A DNA stretch of 64,000 nucleotides from assembly GCF_006345805.1 (NCBI RefSeq), contig NC_042999.1, positions 124,496,001 through 124,560,000 on the forward strand. The letters are read 5' to 3'. Both the position numbers and the translations under genes were made by a program. The notes beneath the pieces are model-generated. The model did no database searches. It saw only the letters and a program-made list of their open reading frames with translations, and was not told the DNA's origin. This DNA comes from Octopus sinensis (Eukaryota). Of this stretch, positions 39,945 through 51,763 are shown in pieces. Numbering within the stretch: the first letter of the stretch is position 1; each line of letters starts with the position of its first letter.

Positions 39945-42214
39945 AAAATACGAAATACGAAATATGAATCCAAGCTAAGCAATCTATATTTAATTTCAAC
40001 CCGTGTACCTACTTAACTATCTGCAACTGATCTGATCTTTTAGTTAGCCCTGTTTTATCTCTATTAGTATTTTGTTATGACTTGTGAAATTTAGCCTCAC
40101 GCCTTGTGTCTTTTTTATATGTACATATAATTCTATAGTTCATCTTAATTAATATCGTTGTCTCATGTCTTGTGTTAAATATATATTTAATCTTAAAGCT
40201 TGCCCCTAATTTTATTTTATTTTATCGATCAGTCTCACGCCTCGTAGATATAGAATAAATGTATTTATAATTTATAGCTCCTTATCGTCCACGCTTCTCC
40301 CATAGATTAGGCAAAATTAGGTATTTATTTATAGCTACTAATAACTATTTCTCTCCCAAGGAAGGAAGAATGGCTGCCGGCCGATTCTTGGTGGGCCACG
40401 ACCCCCCCCCGTTCCTCTTCAATTGTCTTATATCTCTTTCGATCGCCATTCGGCCCCTTTCTCCGCCACCCTATATGCATATAAACCAGCGACTGATTTC
40501 AACGGCCTCACTTGAATTCAGACTGGTATCCGACTCCCTACGAAAATACGAAATACGAAATGAATCCAAGCTAAGCAATCTATATTTAATTTCAACCCGT
40601 GTACCTACTTAACTATCTGCAACTGATCTGATCTTTTAGTTAGCCCTGTTTTATCTCTATTAGTATTATTGTTATGACTTGTGAAATTTAGCCTCACGCC
40701 TTGTGTCTTTTTTATATGTACATATAATTCTATAGTTCATCTTAATTATATATCGTTGTCTCATGTCTTGTGTTAAATATATATTTAATCTTAAAGCTTG
40801 CCCCTAATTTTATTTTATTTTATCGATCAGTCTCACGCCTCGTAGATATAGAATAAATGTATTTTTTATCGATCAGTCTCACGCCTCGTAGATATAGAAT
40901 AAATGTATTTATAATTTATAGCTCCTTATCGTCCACGCTTCTCCCATAGATTAGGCAAAATTTAGGTATTTATTTATAGCTACTAATAACTATTTCTCTC
41001 CAAGGAAGGAAGAATGGCTGCCGGCCGATTCTTGGTGGGCCACGACCCCCCCGTTCCTCTTCAATTGTCTTATATCTCTTTCGATCGCCATTCGGCCCCT
41101 TTCTCCGCAACCCTATATGCATATAAACCAGCGACTGATTTGAACGGCCTCACTTGAATTCAGACTGGTATCCGACTCCCTACGAAAATACGAAATACGA
41201 AATATGAATCCAAGCTAAGCAATCTATATTTAATTTCAACCCGTGTACCTACTTAACTATCTGCAACTGATCTGATCTTTTAGTTAGCCCTGTTTTATCT
41301 CTATTAGTATTATTGTTATGACTTGTGAAATTTAGCCTCACGCCTTGTCTTTTTTATATGTACATATAATTCTATAGTTCATCTTAATTATATATCGTTG
41401 TCTCATGTCTTGTGTTAAATATATATTTAATCTTAAAGCTTGCCCCTAATTTTATTTTATTTTATCGATCAGTCTCACGCCTCGTAGATATAGAATAAAT
41501 GTATTTATAATTTATAGCTCCTTATCGTCCACGCTTCTCCCATAGATTAGGCAAAATTAGGTATTTATTTATAGCTACTAATAACTATTTCTCTCCAAGG
41601 AAGGAAGAATGGCTGCCGGCCGATTCTTGGTGGGCCACGACCCCCCCGTTCCTCTTCAATTGTCTTATATCTCTTTCGATCGCCATTCGGCCCCTTTCTC
41701 CGCCACCCTATATGCATATAAACCAGCGACTGATTTCAACGGCCTCACTTGAATTCAGACTGGTATCCGACTCCCTACGAAAATACGAAATACGAAAATG
41801 AATCCAAGCTAAGCAATCTATATTTAATTTCAACCCGTGTACCTACTTAACTATCTGCAACTGATCTGATCTTTTAGTTAGCCCTGTTTTATCTCTATTA
41901 GTATTATTGTTATGACTTGTGAAATTTAGCCTCACGCCTTGTGTCTTTTTTATATGTACATATAATTCTATATAGTTCATCTTAATTATATATCGTTGTC
42001 TCATGTCTTGTGTTAAATATATATTTAATCTTAAAGCTTGCCCCTAATTTTATTTTATTTTATCGATCAGTCTCACGCCTCGTAGATATAGAATAAATGT
42101 ATTTATAATTTATAGCTCCTTATCGTCCACGCTTCTCCCATAGATTAGGCAAAATTTAGGTATTTATTTATAGCTACTAATAACTATTTCTCTCCTAAGA
42201 AGGAATGGCTGCCG
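39945..42214 (+). promoter_or_regulatory. About 3.7 tandem ~598-bp 5' monomers (putative promoter array)
   Basis: Units start at 39945, 40543, 41185 and 41780; unit 2 has a 46-bp internal duplication. Each full unit ends in a CpG-rich segment containing TATAAA. The repeat is directly visible, while promoter function is inferred. Confidence 0.6.
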
Positions 42215-42449
42215 CCCGGTTTTCGCAGTGCCCCGCCCTCCCACCCCCACCCCCACCCCCACCCCCACCAACCCCACCCCCATCCCCACCACCGGTACAG
42301 GAAGTCCTAAATTTTTCTCATCCTTGTCTCCCTTATACACTCAAAGTCTTACGCCACCCCCACCTCCTTCCATAAAAGTAGTGTTCAGTCATTGCAAGAT
42401 ATGTTTAGTGTTGTATACGAGGTTTGAACTTAAGTTCCATTGTTTGTCT

Positions 42450-45400
42450 ATGAATACTGCCAAACGCGAGTTTTCTTTTCAGGTACATGACGCTATTAGG
42501 ACCAATACCACTTCCACCCCCACCCACAGCCTCAGGGTTGGCACCCTCAACGTCGGCACACTGAAAGGCAGATCTGGCGAGATAGTTGAATTGCTTGAAC
42601 GGAGGTGGGTTGATATATGCTGCATTCAAGAAGTGAGGTGGAGAGGAGGTTCTGCTAGGTTCCTCACAGGCAAAGGACAGAGGTACAAGATTTTCTGGGC
42701 TGGGAATACTGACGGAGTCGGGGGTGTGGGCATGCTTATCGCCGAAAAATGGGTAGATAAGGTAATCGAGGTAGTCAGAGTAAGTGACAGAATAATTAAG
42801 ATTAGATTAGTGCTCCACCATAGTTTAGCAACTATTATATCGGCCTATGCCCCTCAGCCAGGGCTACCTGATGGACAGAAAGACTGTTTCTATGACACCC
42901 TACTGCAGACCACATCATTGACGAACGACAGGGACCTTCTCTTTGTGGCTGGTGACTTCAATGGGCATGTTGGACGACGTGCTGGGGGCTTCCATGGCGT
43001 GCATGGAGGCTACGGTTATGGTTCCCGCAACGAGGAGGGAACCAGGCTGCTGGAGTTCTGCGATGCGAATAGTCTTATGATTTGCAACACTAACTTCAGG
43101 AAACCGACAAGCCACCTGGTCACCTACCGATCGGGCCGGCATACTAGCCAAATCGACTACATCCTTGCCAGAAAAAGGGAAAGATGGATGCTTATAAATG
43201 CCAAAACCTTCCAAGTGAAGAATGCACCCCACAACATAGACTGGTAGTTAGTGACTTAGGATCAGGACTAAGAGGGCGACTAGAAGACGACCAACATGGA
43301 GAAGAAGGGTCTGGAAGCTTAAAGACCCTGCGAATGGACAGAGATTTAGAGATATGTTATTTGAAGCTTTAGACGAAATGGAAGGGAGTATAGCTACGCA
43401 TGGGGTAGAAGACAACTGGACGCTTCTGAGGGACAACCTGCTGAAAGCCGCTGACCAGATCTGTGGCTGGTGCAAAGTCCCCTCTCGACCTAGAATAACG
43501 TGGTGGTGGAACAATATTGTTGACAGGGCTATTAGACAAAAGAAACAGGCTTGGAAGGCCTGGAAGAACGGTGGTAGCAGGGAAGTGTATCAGTCTGCCA
43601 GAAGGGAAGCCAGGAGACAGGTCTATCTAGCCAGAGGGGAAGCAGAGAAGGAAAAATTTGCCAATGTCCTGCGTCGTGAGGATGAAAGACTTGAGGTATT
43701 TCGTGTTGCAAGACAGTGTGTGAGAGAGAATCGTGACGTGGTAGGAGAGAAATGTGTTCGCAAGGAGGACGGTTCACTTGCACTTAATGAGGGTGCAAAG
43801 AGAGAGACTTGGAGACGCCACTATGATAGGTTGCTGAATGAAGAAAATGAATGGGATAAAGAGAGTCTGCCGAATGTCGACCCAACAGAGGGACCAGCAA
43901 TCCGAGTTAACAGTTCCTTAGTAGATAAGGCAATTAGAAGCATGAAAACAGGGAAAGCCCCAGGCCCATCAGGAATTACTGCAGAGATGCTCAAAATATC
44001 TGGTGGTGTCGGCTATAGCTTAGTCACCCGTATAGTTAACCAGGTGATACACGAGGGGGTCATACCCAATGACTGGTGTAGCAGCATAATAGTCAACTGC
44101 TACAAAGGTAAAGGCGACGCCCTAGAGACAAATAACTACAGGGCATCAAGCTGCTGGATCAGGTAATGAAGGTTACGGAGAGGGTGTGTAGCCCAACTAA
44201 TTAGAGAGAGAGTTACCTTAGATGATATGCAGTTTGGGTTCGTGCCAGGGAAAAGTACTACTGATGCTATATTCCTGGTAAGACAGCTGCAGGAGAAATA
44301 CCTAGCCAAAGATAAGCCCTTGTACCTGGCTTTTGTTGACTTGGAGAAAGCCTTTGACAGGGCCCCCGGTCCCTTATCTGGTGGTCAATGAGGAAACTAG
44401 GGATAGAAGAATGGTTGGTGAGAGCTGTGCAAGCCATGTACAGAGACGCTGCTAGTAAGGTGAGGGTGGGCAACGAGTACAGTGAAGAATTCCGGGTAGA
44501 GGTTGGGGTCCACCAAGGTTCAGTCCTCAGTCCCCTTCTATTTATCATAGTCCTCCAGGCAATAACGGAGGAATTCAAGACAGGTTGCCCCTGGGAGCTC
44601 CTCTATGCTGATGACCTTGCTCTAATTGCTGAGTCACTATCAGAACTGGAGGAGAAGTTCCAGGTGTGGAAACAAGGATTAGAATCGAAGGGCCTTAGAA
44701 TCACCTAGCCAAAACCAAAGTTCTAATAAGTAGGAAGGTAGATCAATCACAAACGCCTTCAGGTAGATGGCCCTGCTCGATCTGTAAAAAAGGTGTAGGT
44801 AGAAACTCTATAAGATGCACCAAGTGTAAGCTATGGACACATAAGAGGTGCAGCAATGTCAAAGGAAGGCTAACTAGGAAAATAGTTTTTGTCTGTGGCA
44901 AATGCTCAGGAGCAATAAACACTGGAAATATGCAGAGACCAACTTCTGCCACGTTCCAGGGAGACAAACTAGAAGTAGTTGATAGCTTCCGCTACCTAGG
45001 AGACCAAGTCAGTAGCGGGGGTGGGTGTGCTGAAAGTGTAACTGCTAGAGTAAGAATAGCCTGGGCAAAATTTAGAGAGCTCTTACCCCTGCTGGTGACA
45101 AAAGGCCTCTCGCTCAGAGTAAAAGGCAGACTGTATGATGCATGTGTACGTACAGCCATGCTACATGGTAGTGAAACATGGGCCGTGACTGCTGAGGATA
45201 TGCGTAAGCTCGCAAGAAATGAAGCCAGTATGCTCCGATGGATGTGTAATGTCAGTGTTCATAATCGTCAGAGTGTAAGTTCCTTGAGAGAAAAGCTGAA
45301 CCTAAGAAGCGTCAGTTGTGGCGTGCAAGAGAGACGGCTGCGCTGGTATGGTCATGTGACAAGAAAGGCTGAAGATAGTTGTGTGCAAAAGTGCTACACC

Positions 45401-45556
45401 CTAGCAGTGGAGGGAACCTGTGGAAGAGGTAGACCCAGGAAAACCTGGGACGAGGTGGTGAAGCACGACCTTCGAACTTTAGGTCTCACTAAGGAAATGT
45501 CTAGAGACCGAGACCTATGGAAGTATGCTGTGCATGAGAAGACCCGGCAAGACTAG
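42450..45556 (+). pseudogene. Frameshifted RTE ORF (APE, RT, PHD-like finger)
   Basis: ORF segments 42228-43247, 43354-44166, 44388-44708 and 44930-45556 plus the bridging frames are collinear with the intact minus ORF. Confidence 0.9.
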
Positions 45557-47360
45557 TCAGGCCATAACCCGTGGCCCCGACCTGGGACGTAGTCAGTCCT
45601 GTGCATACCTTCCTTCTTGTGACACTTATGAAGGCCTGTTGAGGCAAGTGAAAATCAAATCAAATCAAATCAAAACAAATCAAAATAGATGATCATCAGT
45701 GGAATTGTATTCTTTGTGGTACCAGTGCCGGTGGCACACAAGCAAACCACCCAAACGTGGCCGTAACCAGTACCGCATCGACTGGCCTCCGTGCTGTGGG
45801 CACAACAAACGCCATCCGATCATGGCCGTTCGCCAGCCTCATCTGGCACCTGTGCCGGTGGCACATAAAGACACCATCCGAAGACCCGGCGACGTAGGCA
45901 GTCCACCTGTGCATACCTTCCCTCTTATGACACTTGTGAAGACCTGTTGAGGCAAGTGTGTGACACTTGTGAAGACCTGTTGAGGCAGAGGCAAGTGTGT
46001 GACACTTGTGGAGACCCGTTGAGGCAAGTGTGTGACCTTGTGAAGACCTGTTGAGGCAAGTGAAAATCAAACCAAATCAAAATAGATGAATATCAATGGA
46101 ATTTGTATCTTTGTGGTTCCAGTACCGGTGGCACACAAGAAAACCATCCGAACGTGGCCGTAGCTGGTACCGCATCGACTGGCCTCCGTGCTGTGGGCAC
46201 AACAAACACCATCTGATCGTGGCCGTTCGCCAGCCTCACCTGGCACCTGTGTCGGTGGCACATAAAAACACCATCCAAAGACCCGGCGACGTAGTCAGTC
46301 CACCTGTGCATACCTTCCCTCTTATGACACTTGTGAAGACCTGTTGAGGCAGAGGCAAGTGTGTGACACTTGTGAAGACCTGTTGAGGCAGAGGCAAGTG
46401 TGTGACACTTGTGGAGACCTGTTGAGGCAAGTGTGTGACACGCGTGACACTTGTGAAGACCTGTTGAGGCAAGTGAAAATCAAACCAAATCAAAATAGAT
46501 GAACATCAATGGAATTTGTATCTTTGTGGTTCCAGTACCGGTGGCACACAAGAAAACCATCCGATCGTGGCCGTTCGCCAGCCACATCTGGCACCTGTGT
46601 CGGTGGCACATAAAGACACCATCCGAAGACCCGGCGACGTAGACAGTCCACCTGTGCATACCTTCCTTCTTGTGACACTTGTGAAGACCTGTTGAGGCAA
46701 GTGAAAATCAAATCAAATCAAAACAAATCAAAATAGATGAACATAAATGGAATTTGTATCTTTGTGGTACCAGTGCCGGTGGCACACAAGAAAATCATCC
46801 GAACGTGGCCGTAGCCAGTACCGCATAGACTGGCCTCCGTGCTTTGGGGACGTAACAAACACCATCCAATCGTGGCCGTCCGCCAGCCTCATCTGGCACC
46901 TGTGTCGGTGGCACATAAAAACACCATCCGAGCGTGGCCATCTGCCAGCCTCGTCTGGCACCTGTGTCGTGGCACATAAAAACACCATCCGAGCGTGGCC
47001 GTCTGCCAGCCTCGTCTGGCACCTGTGTCGTGGCACATAAAAAAACCATCCGAGCGTGGCCGTCTGCCAGCCTCGTCTGGCACCTGTGTCGGTGGCACAT
47101 AAAAACACCATCCGAGCGTGGCCGTCTGCCAGCCTCGTCTGGCACCTGTGTCGTGGCACATAAAAACCCATCCGAGCGTGGCCGTCTGCCAGCCTCGTCT
47201 GGCACCTGTGTCGGTGGCACATAAAAACACCATCCGAGCGTGGCCGTCTGCCAGCCTCGTCTGGCACCTGTGTCGGTGGCACATAAAAACACCATCTGAG
47301 CGTGGCCGTTCGCCAGCCTCGTCTGGCACCTGTGTCGGTGGCACATAAAATCACCCACTA
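45557..47360 (+). repeat. Hierarchical tandem repeats in the RTE 3' UTR
   Basis: gtgaaaatcaaa blocks at 45648, 46060, 46473 and 46701, 32-38-bp subunits, and eight 60-62-bp units at about 46860-47345. Confidence 0.9.
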
Positions 47361-48640
47361 CACTCTCGGAGTGGTTGGCGTTAGGAAGGGCATCCAGCTG
47401 TAGAAACACTGCCAGATCTGACTGGCCTGGTGCAGCCTTCGGGCTCCCCAGACCCCAGTTGAACCGTCCAACCCATGCTAGCATGGAAAACGGACGCTAA
47501 ATGATGATGATGATGATGATGATGATTGAGTTTGTTGTTTTTATGTGTCCAGCTAAAAGATTGCATTACGCATGCATTCTTCTTGAATTGTATTACATGT
47601 TTCTGTTTTAATTTTTAGTTTTCTGTCTCATTTTTATGTTGTTGCCTTCTATATTCTAAGACTTTTTTCTTTGTAATATCTATCACCCCAGTGATATTTA
47701 ATATCAACTAAAGGAGTAGTCCCATTATTAGATTTTAAATGAACTGAAAATCTATTGATTCTGGTTTCTATGGCTGATGATAGGTGTTTTATGTTTTATT
47801 GTCCTTTTCTGTTAACTTATTTCCATGTCCCACTTTTATTTTCATTACTCCTATCTATTTATCTATCTACACACACACACACATACACACACATGCACAC
47901 ACACACACACACACATGAACATACACACACATGCACTCACATATATATATATATGTGTGTGTATGTTTATATAATGTATATGTACATATATATGTATATA
48001 TAAATTCTTGAATTTATTTCTATATTTAATCATCATCATCATCATCATCATTTAGCGTCCGTTTTCCATGCTAGCATGGGTTGGACGGTTCTACTGGGGT
48101 CTGTGAAGCCAGAAGGCTTCATCAGGCCCAGTCAAATCTGGCAGTGTTTCTACGGCTGGATGCCCTTCCTAACGCCAACCACTCCATGAGTGTAGTGGGT
48201 GCTTTTTACGTGCCACCCGCACTCGTGCCAGACAGAGCTGGCAAACGGCCACGAACGGATGGTGCTTTTTATGTGCCACCAGCACGAGGGCCAGGCGAGG
48301 CTGGCAACGGACACGAAACGGGGCGGTGCTGGCAACGGTCGCGAAACGGAAAGTTCTCTTACATGCCACCGGCACTGGTAACACATTTGCAATTTCCATT
48401 GATCGATTTCCATTGATCGATTTCGATTCTGATCCTCACTTGCCTCAATGGGTCTTCACAAGCAGAGTTTCGACATGCCACCGGCACTGGTAGCACATCC
48501 GCAATTTCCATTGATCGATTTCGATTCTGATCCTCACTTGCCTCAACACGTCTTCACAAGTAGAGCTTTGTGTCCCAAGAAGGGAAGGTATGCATACGTA
48601 GGCTGGCTCCATCCCATGTAGAAGGCCACGGGTTGTGGAC

Positions 48641-51600
48641 TCACTTGTCCTGCCGGGTCTTCTCGCGCACAGCACACTTCCAGAGGTCTCGGTCTCTAGT
48701 CATTTCCTCAGTGAGACCTAAAGTTCGAAGGTCGTGCTTCACCACCTCGTCCCAGGTTTTCCTGGGTCTGCCTCTTCCACAGGTTCCCTCAACCGCTAGG
48801 GTGTGGCACTTTTTCACACAACTATCTTCATCCATTCTCGCCACATGACCATACCAGCGCAAACGTCTCTCTTGCACACCACAACTGATGCTTCTTAGGT
48901 CCAGCTTTTCTCTCAAGGTACTTACACTCTGCCGAGTGTGAGTACCGGCATTACACATCCATCGGAGCATACTGGCTTCATTTCTAGCGAGCTTACGCAT
49001 ATCCTCAGCAGTCACGGCCCATGTTTCACTGCCATGTAGCATGGCTGTTCGTACACACGCATCATACAGTCTGCCTTTCACTCTGTGCGAGAGGCCTTTT
49101 GTCACCAGCAGAGGTAAGAGCTCTCTGAACTTTGCCCAAGCTATTCTTACTCTAGCAGTTACACTTTCAGCACACCCGCCCCCGCTGCTGACTTGGTCCC
49201 CTAGGTAACGGAAACTATCAACTATTTCTAGTTTTTCTCCCTGGAAAGTGACGGAAGTTGGTCTCAGAGCATTTTCAGTGTTTATTGTTCCTGAGCATCT
49301 GCCACATACAAAAACCATCTTCCTAGTTAGTCTTCCTTTGACATTGCTGCATCTCTTATGTGTCCATAGCTTACACTTGGTGCATCTTATAGAGTTTCTA
49401 CCTACACCTTTTCTACAGATCGAGCAGGGCCATCTACCTGAAGGTGTTTGTGATTTGTCTACCTTCCTACTGATTACGACTTTGGTTTTAGCTAGATTGA
49501 CTCTGAGGCCCTTCGATTCTAATCCTTGTTTCCACACCTGAAACTTCTCCTCCAGTTCTGATAGCGACTCAGCAATTAGAGCAAGGTCATCAGCATAGAG
49601 GAGCTCCCAAGGGCATCCTGTCTTGAATTCCTCCGTTATTGCCTGGAGGACTATGATAAATAGGAGGGGGCTGAGTACTGAGCCTTGGTGGACCCCTACC
49701 TCTACCCGGAATTCTTCACTGTACTCATTTCCAACCCTCACCCTACTAGCGGCGTCCCTATACATGGCCCGCACAGCTCTCACTAACCATTCATCTATCC
49801 CTAGTTTTCTCATTGCCCACCAGATAAGGGATCGGGGGACCCTGTCGAAGGCTTTCTCCATGTCAACAAAAGCCAGGTACAGGGGCTTATCTTTAGCTAG
49901 GTATTTCTCCTGCAGCTGCCTTACCAGGAATATAGCATCAGTAGTATTTTTCCCTGGCACAAACCCAAACTGCATCTCATCTAAACTAACTCTCTCTCTA
50001 ATTAGTTGGGCTATGACCCTCTCCGTAACCTTCATCACCTGGTCCAACAGCTTGATACCTCTGTAGTTATTTGTATCTAGGGCATCACCTTTACCTTTGT
50101 AGCAGTTGACTATTATACTGCTACACCAGTCATTGGGTATGACCCCTTTGTGTATCACCTGATTAACTATATGGGTGACTAGGCTATAGCCGACACTACC
50201 AGACATTTTGAGCATCTCTGCAGTGATTCCTGATGGGCCTGGGGCTTTCCCTGTCTTCATGCTTCTAATTGCCTTAGCTACCACAGAACTATCAACTCGG
50301 ATAGCTGGTCCCTCTGTTGGGTCAACATTCGGCAGACTCTCTTTATCCCATTCATTTTCTTCATTCAGCAACCTTTCATAGTGGCATCTCCAAACCTCTC
50401 TCTTTGCATCCTCATTTAGCGCAAGTGAACCATCTTCCATGCGAACACACTTCTCTCCTACCACATCACGATTCTCTCTCACACACTGTCTTGCAACACG
50501 AAACACCTCCAGTCTTTGGTCCTCACGGCGCAGAACATTGGCAAATTTTTTCTTATCTGCTTCCCCTCTGGCTAAATAAACCTGTCTCCTAGCTTCTCTT
50601 TTGGCAGTCTGATACAATTCCCTGCTACCCCCATTTTTCCAGACCTTCCAAGCCTGTCTCTTTTCTCTAATAGCCCTGTCTACAATATTGTTCCACCACC
50701 ACGTTATTCTAGGTCGAGAGGGGACTTTGCACCAGCCACAGATCTGGTCAGTGGCTCTCAGCAGGTTGTCCCTTAGAAACATCCAGCTGTCTTCTACCCC
50801 CTGTGATGCTCTATCCCCTTCTACTTCGTCAGAGGCTTCAAGTAATATGTCCCTAAATCTCTGTCCATTTGCAGGATCTTTAAGCTTCCAGATCCTTCTT
50901 CTCCATATTTGTCGTCTTCTGGTTGTCCTCCTAGTCCTGATCCTAAAGTCACTAACTACCAGTCTATGTTGTGGGGTACATTCTTCACCTGGGAAGGTTT
51001 TGGCATTTATAAGCAGCCATCTCTCCCTTTGCCTTGTAAGGATGTAGTCAGTTTGGCTGGTATGTTGGCCCGATTGGTAAGTGACTAGGTGGCTGGTAGG
51101 TTTCCTGAAGTTAGTGTTGCAAATCATAAGATTATTTGCATCACAGAACTCCAGCAGCCTGGTTCCCTCCTCGTTGCGGGAGCCATAGCCATAGCCTCCA
51201 TGTACGCCATGGAAGCCCCCAGCATGTCGTCCAACGTGACCATTGAAGTCACCAGCCACAAAGATAAGGTCTCTGTCGTTCGTCAATGAGGTTGTCTGCA
51301 GTAGAGTGTCATAGAATCGGTCTTTCTGTCCATCGGGTAGCCCCGACTGAGGAGCATAGGCTGATATAATGGTTGCTAAACTATGATGAAGCACTAATCT
51401 AATCTTAAGTATTCTGTCACTTACTCTGATTACCTCAATTACTTTATCTACCCATTTCTCAGCGATAAGTATACCCACGCCACCAACCCCGTCAGTGTTC
51501 CCTGCCCAGAAAATCTTGTACCTGCGTTCCTTGCCTGTGAGGAACCTAGCTGATCCTCCTCTCCACCTTATTTCTTGCATGCAACATATATCCACACATC

Positions 51601-51763
51601 TCCGTTCAAGCATCTCGACTATCTCACCAGACCTACCTTTCAGAGTGCCAACGTTGAGGGTGCCAACCCTGAGGGTGTGGAAGGCATGGGCTCTAGAGAC
51701 CCTGGGACGGTGGACAGTAGCTTCGTGTACCTGAAAAGAAAGCTCGCATTTGGCAGAATTCAT
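48641..51763 (-). CDS. RTE retrotransposon polyprotein: APE endonuclease + reverse transcriptase with embedded PHD-like zinc finger (~1040 aa)
   Basis: Motifs LNVGTL, CMQE, GDFNGH, DYIL, NYRGIKLL, FVDMEKAFDRV, GVHQGSVLSP, LLYADD, FRYLG, HGSETW, RGRPRKTW. The start is placed at the ATG conserved in both copies (MNSAK/MNTAK); the ORF track extends it to 51808. Confidence 0.95.
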   Translation of the reverse strand: MNSAKCELSFQVHEATVHRPRVSRAHAFHTLRVGTLNVGTLKGRSGEIVEMLERRCVDICCMQEIRWRGGSARFLTGKERRYKIFWAGNTDGVGGVGILIAEKWVDKVIEVIRVSDRILKIRLVLHHSLATIISAYAPQSGLPDGQKDRFYDTLLQTTSLTNDRDLIFVAGDFNGHVGRHAGGFHGVHGGYGYGSRNEEGTRLLEFCDANNLMICNTNFRKPTSHLVTYQSGQHTSQTDYILTRQRERWLLINAKTFPGEECTPQHRLVVSDFRIRTRRTTRRRQIWRRRIWKLKDPANGQRFRDILLEASDEVEGDRASQGVEDSWMFLRDNLLRATDQICGWCKVPSRPRITWWWNNIVDRAIREKRQAWKVWKNGGSRELYQTAKREARRQVYLARGEADKKKFANVLRREDQRLEVFRVARQCVRENRDVVGEKCVRMEDGSLALNEDAKREVWRCHYERLLNEENEWDKESLPNVDPTEGPAIRVDSSVVAKAIRSMKTGKAPGPSGITAEMLKMSGSVGYSLVTHIVNQVIHKGVIPNDWCSSIIVNCYKGKGDALDTNNYRGIKLLDQVMKVTERVIAQLIRERVSLDEMQFGFVPGKNTTDAIFLVRQLQEKYLAKDKPLYLAFVDMEKAFDRVPRSLIWWAMRKLGIDEWLVRAVRAMYRDAASRVRVGNEYSEEFRVEVGVHQGSVLSPLLFIIVLQAITEEFKTGCPWELLYADDLALIAESLSELEEKFQVWKQGLESKGLRVNLAKTKVVISRKVDKSQTPSGRWPCSICRKGVGRNSIRCTKCKLWTHKRCSNVKGRLTRKMVFVCGRCSGTINTENALRPTSVTFQGEKLEIVDSFRYLGDQVSSGGGCAESVTARVRIAWAKFRELLPLLVTKGLSHRVKGRLYDACVRTAMLHGSETWAVTAEDMRKLARNEASMLRWMCNAGTHTRQSVSTLREKLDLRSISCGVQERRLRWYGHVARMDEDSCVKKCHTLAVEGTCGRGRPRKTWDEVVKHDLRTLGLTEEMTRDRDLWKCAVREKTRQDK

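Larger units (their letters stand above)
39945..47526 (+). mobile_element. Full-length RTE-clade LINE, plus copy
   Basis: Tandem 5' monomers, C-rich tract, APE-RT ORF 42450-45556 with about 6 single-base indels, a 2-kb 3' UTR and a (GAT)n tail. Confidence 0.92.

Noticed and set aside
42228-42449. N-terminal Pro/Thr extension of the plus RTE ORF
   Set aside because: It starts at a non-ATG codon inside the C-rich repeat and is not conserved in the minus copy; the shared ATG is at 42450.
45557-47360. CRISPR-like appearance of the regular repeats
   Set aside because: The units are contiguous with no unique spacers, the context is eukaryotic, and the array is part of a LINE 3' UTR.
39937-47535. 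9-bp inverted match flanking the plus RTE (caaactcaa / ttgagtttg)
   Set aside because: Too short in AT-rich DNA, and not the direct TSD expected for a LINE.
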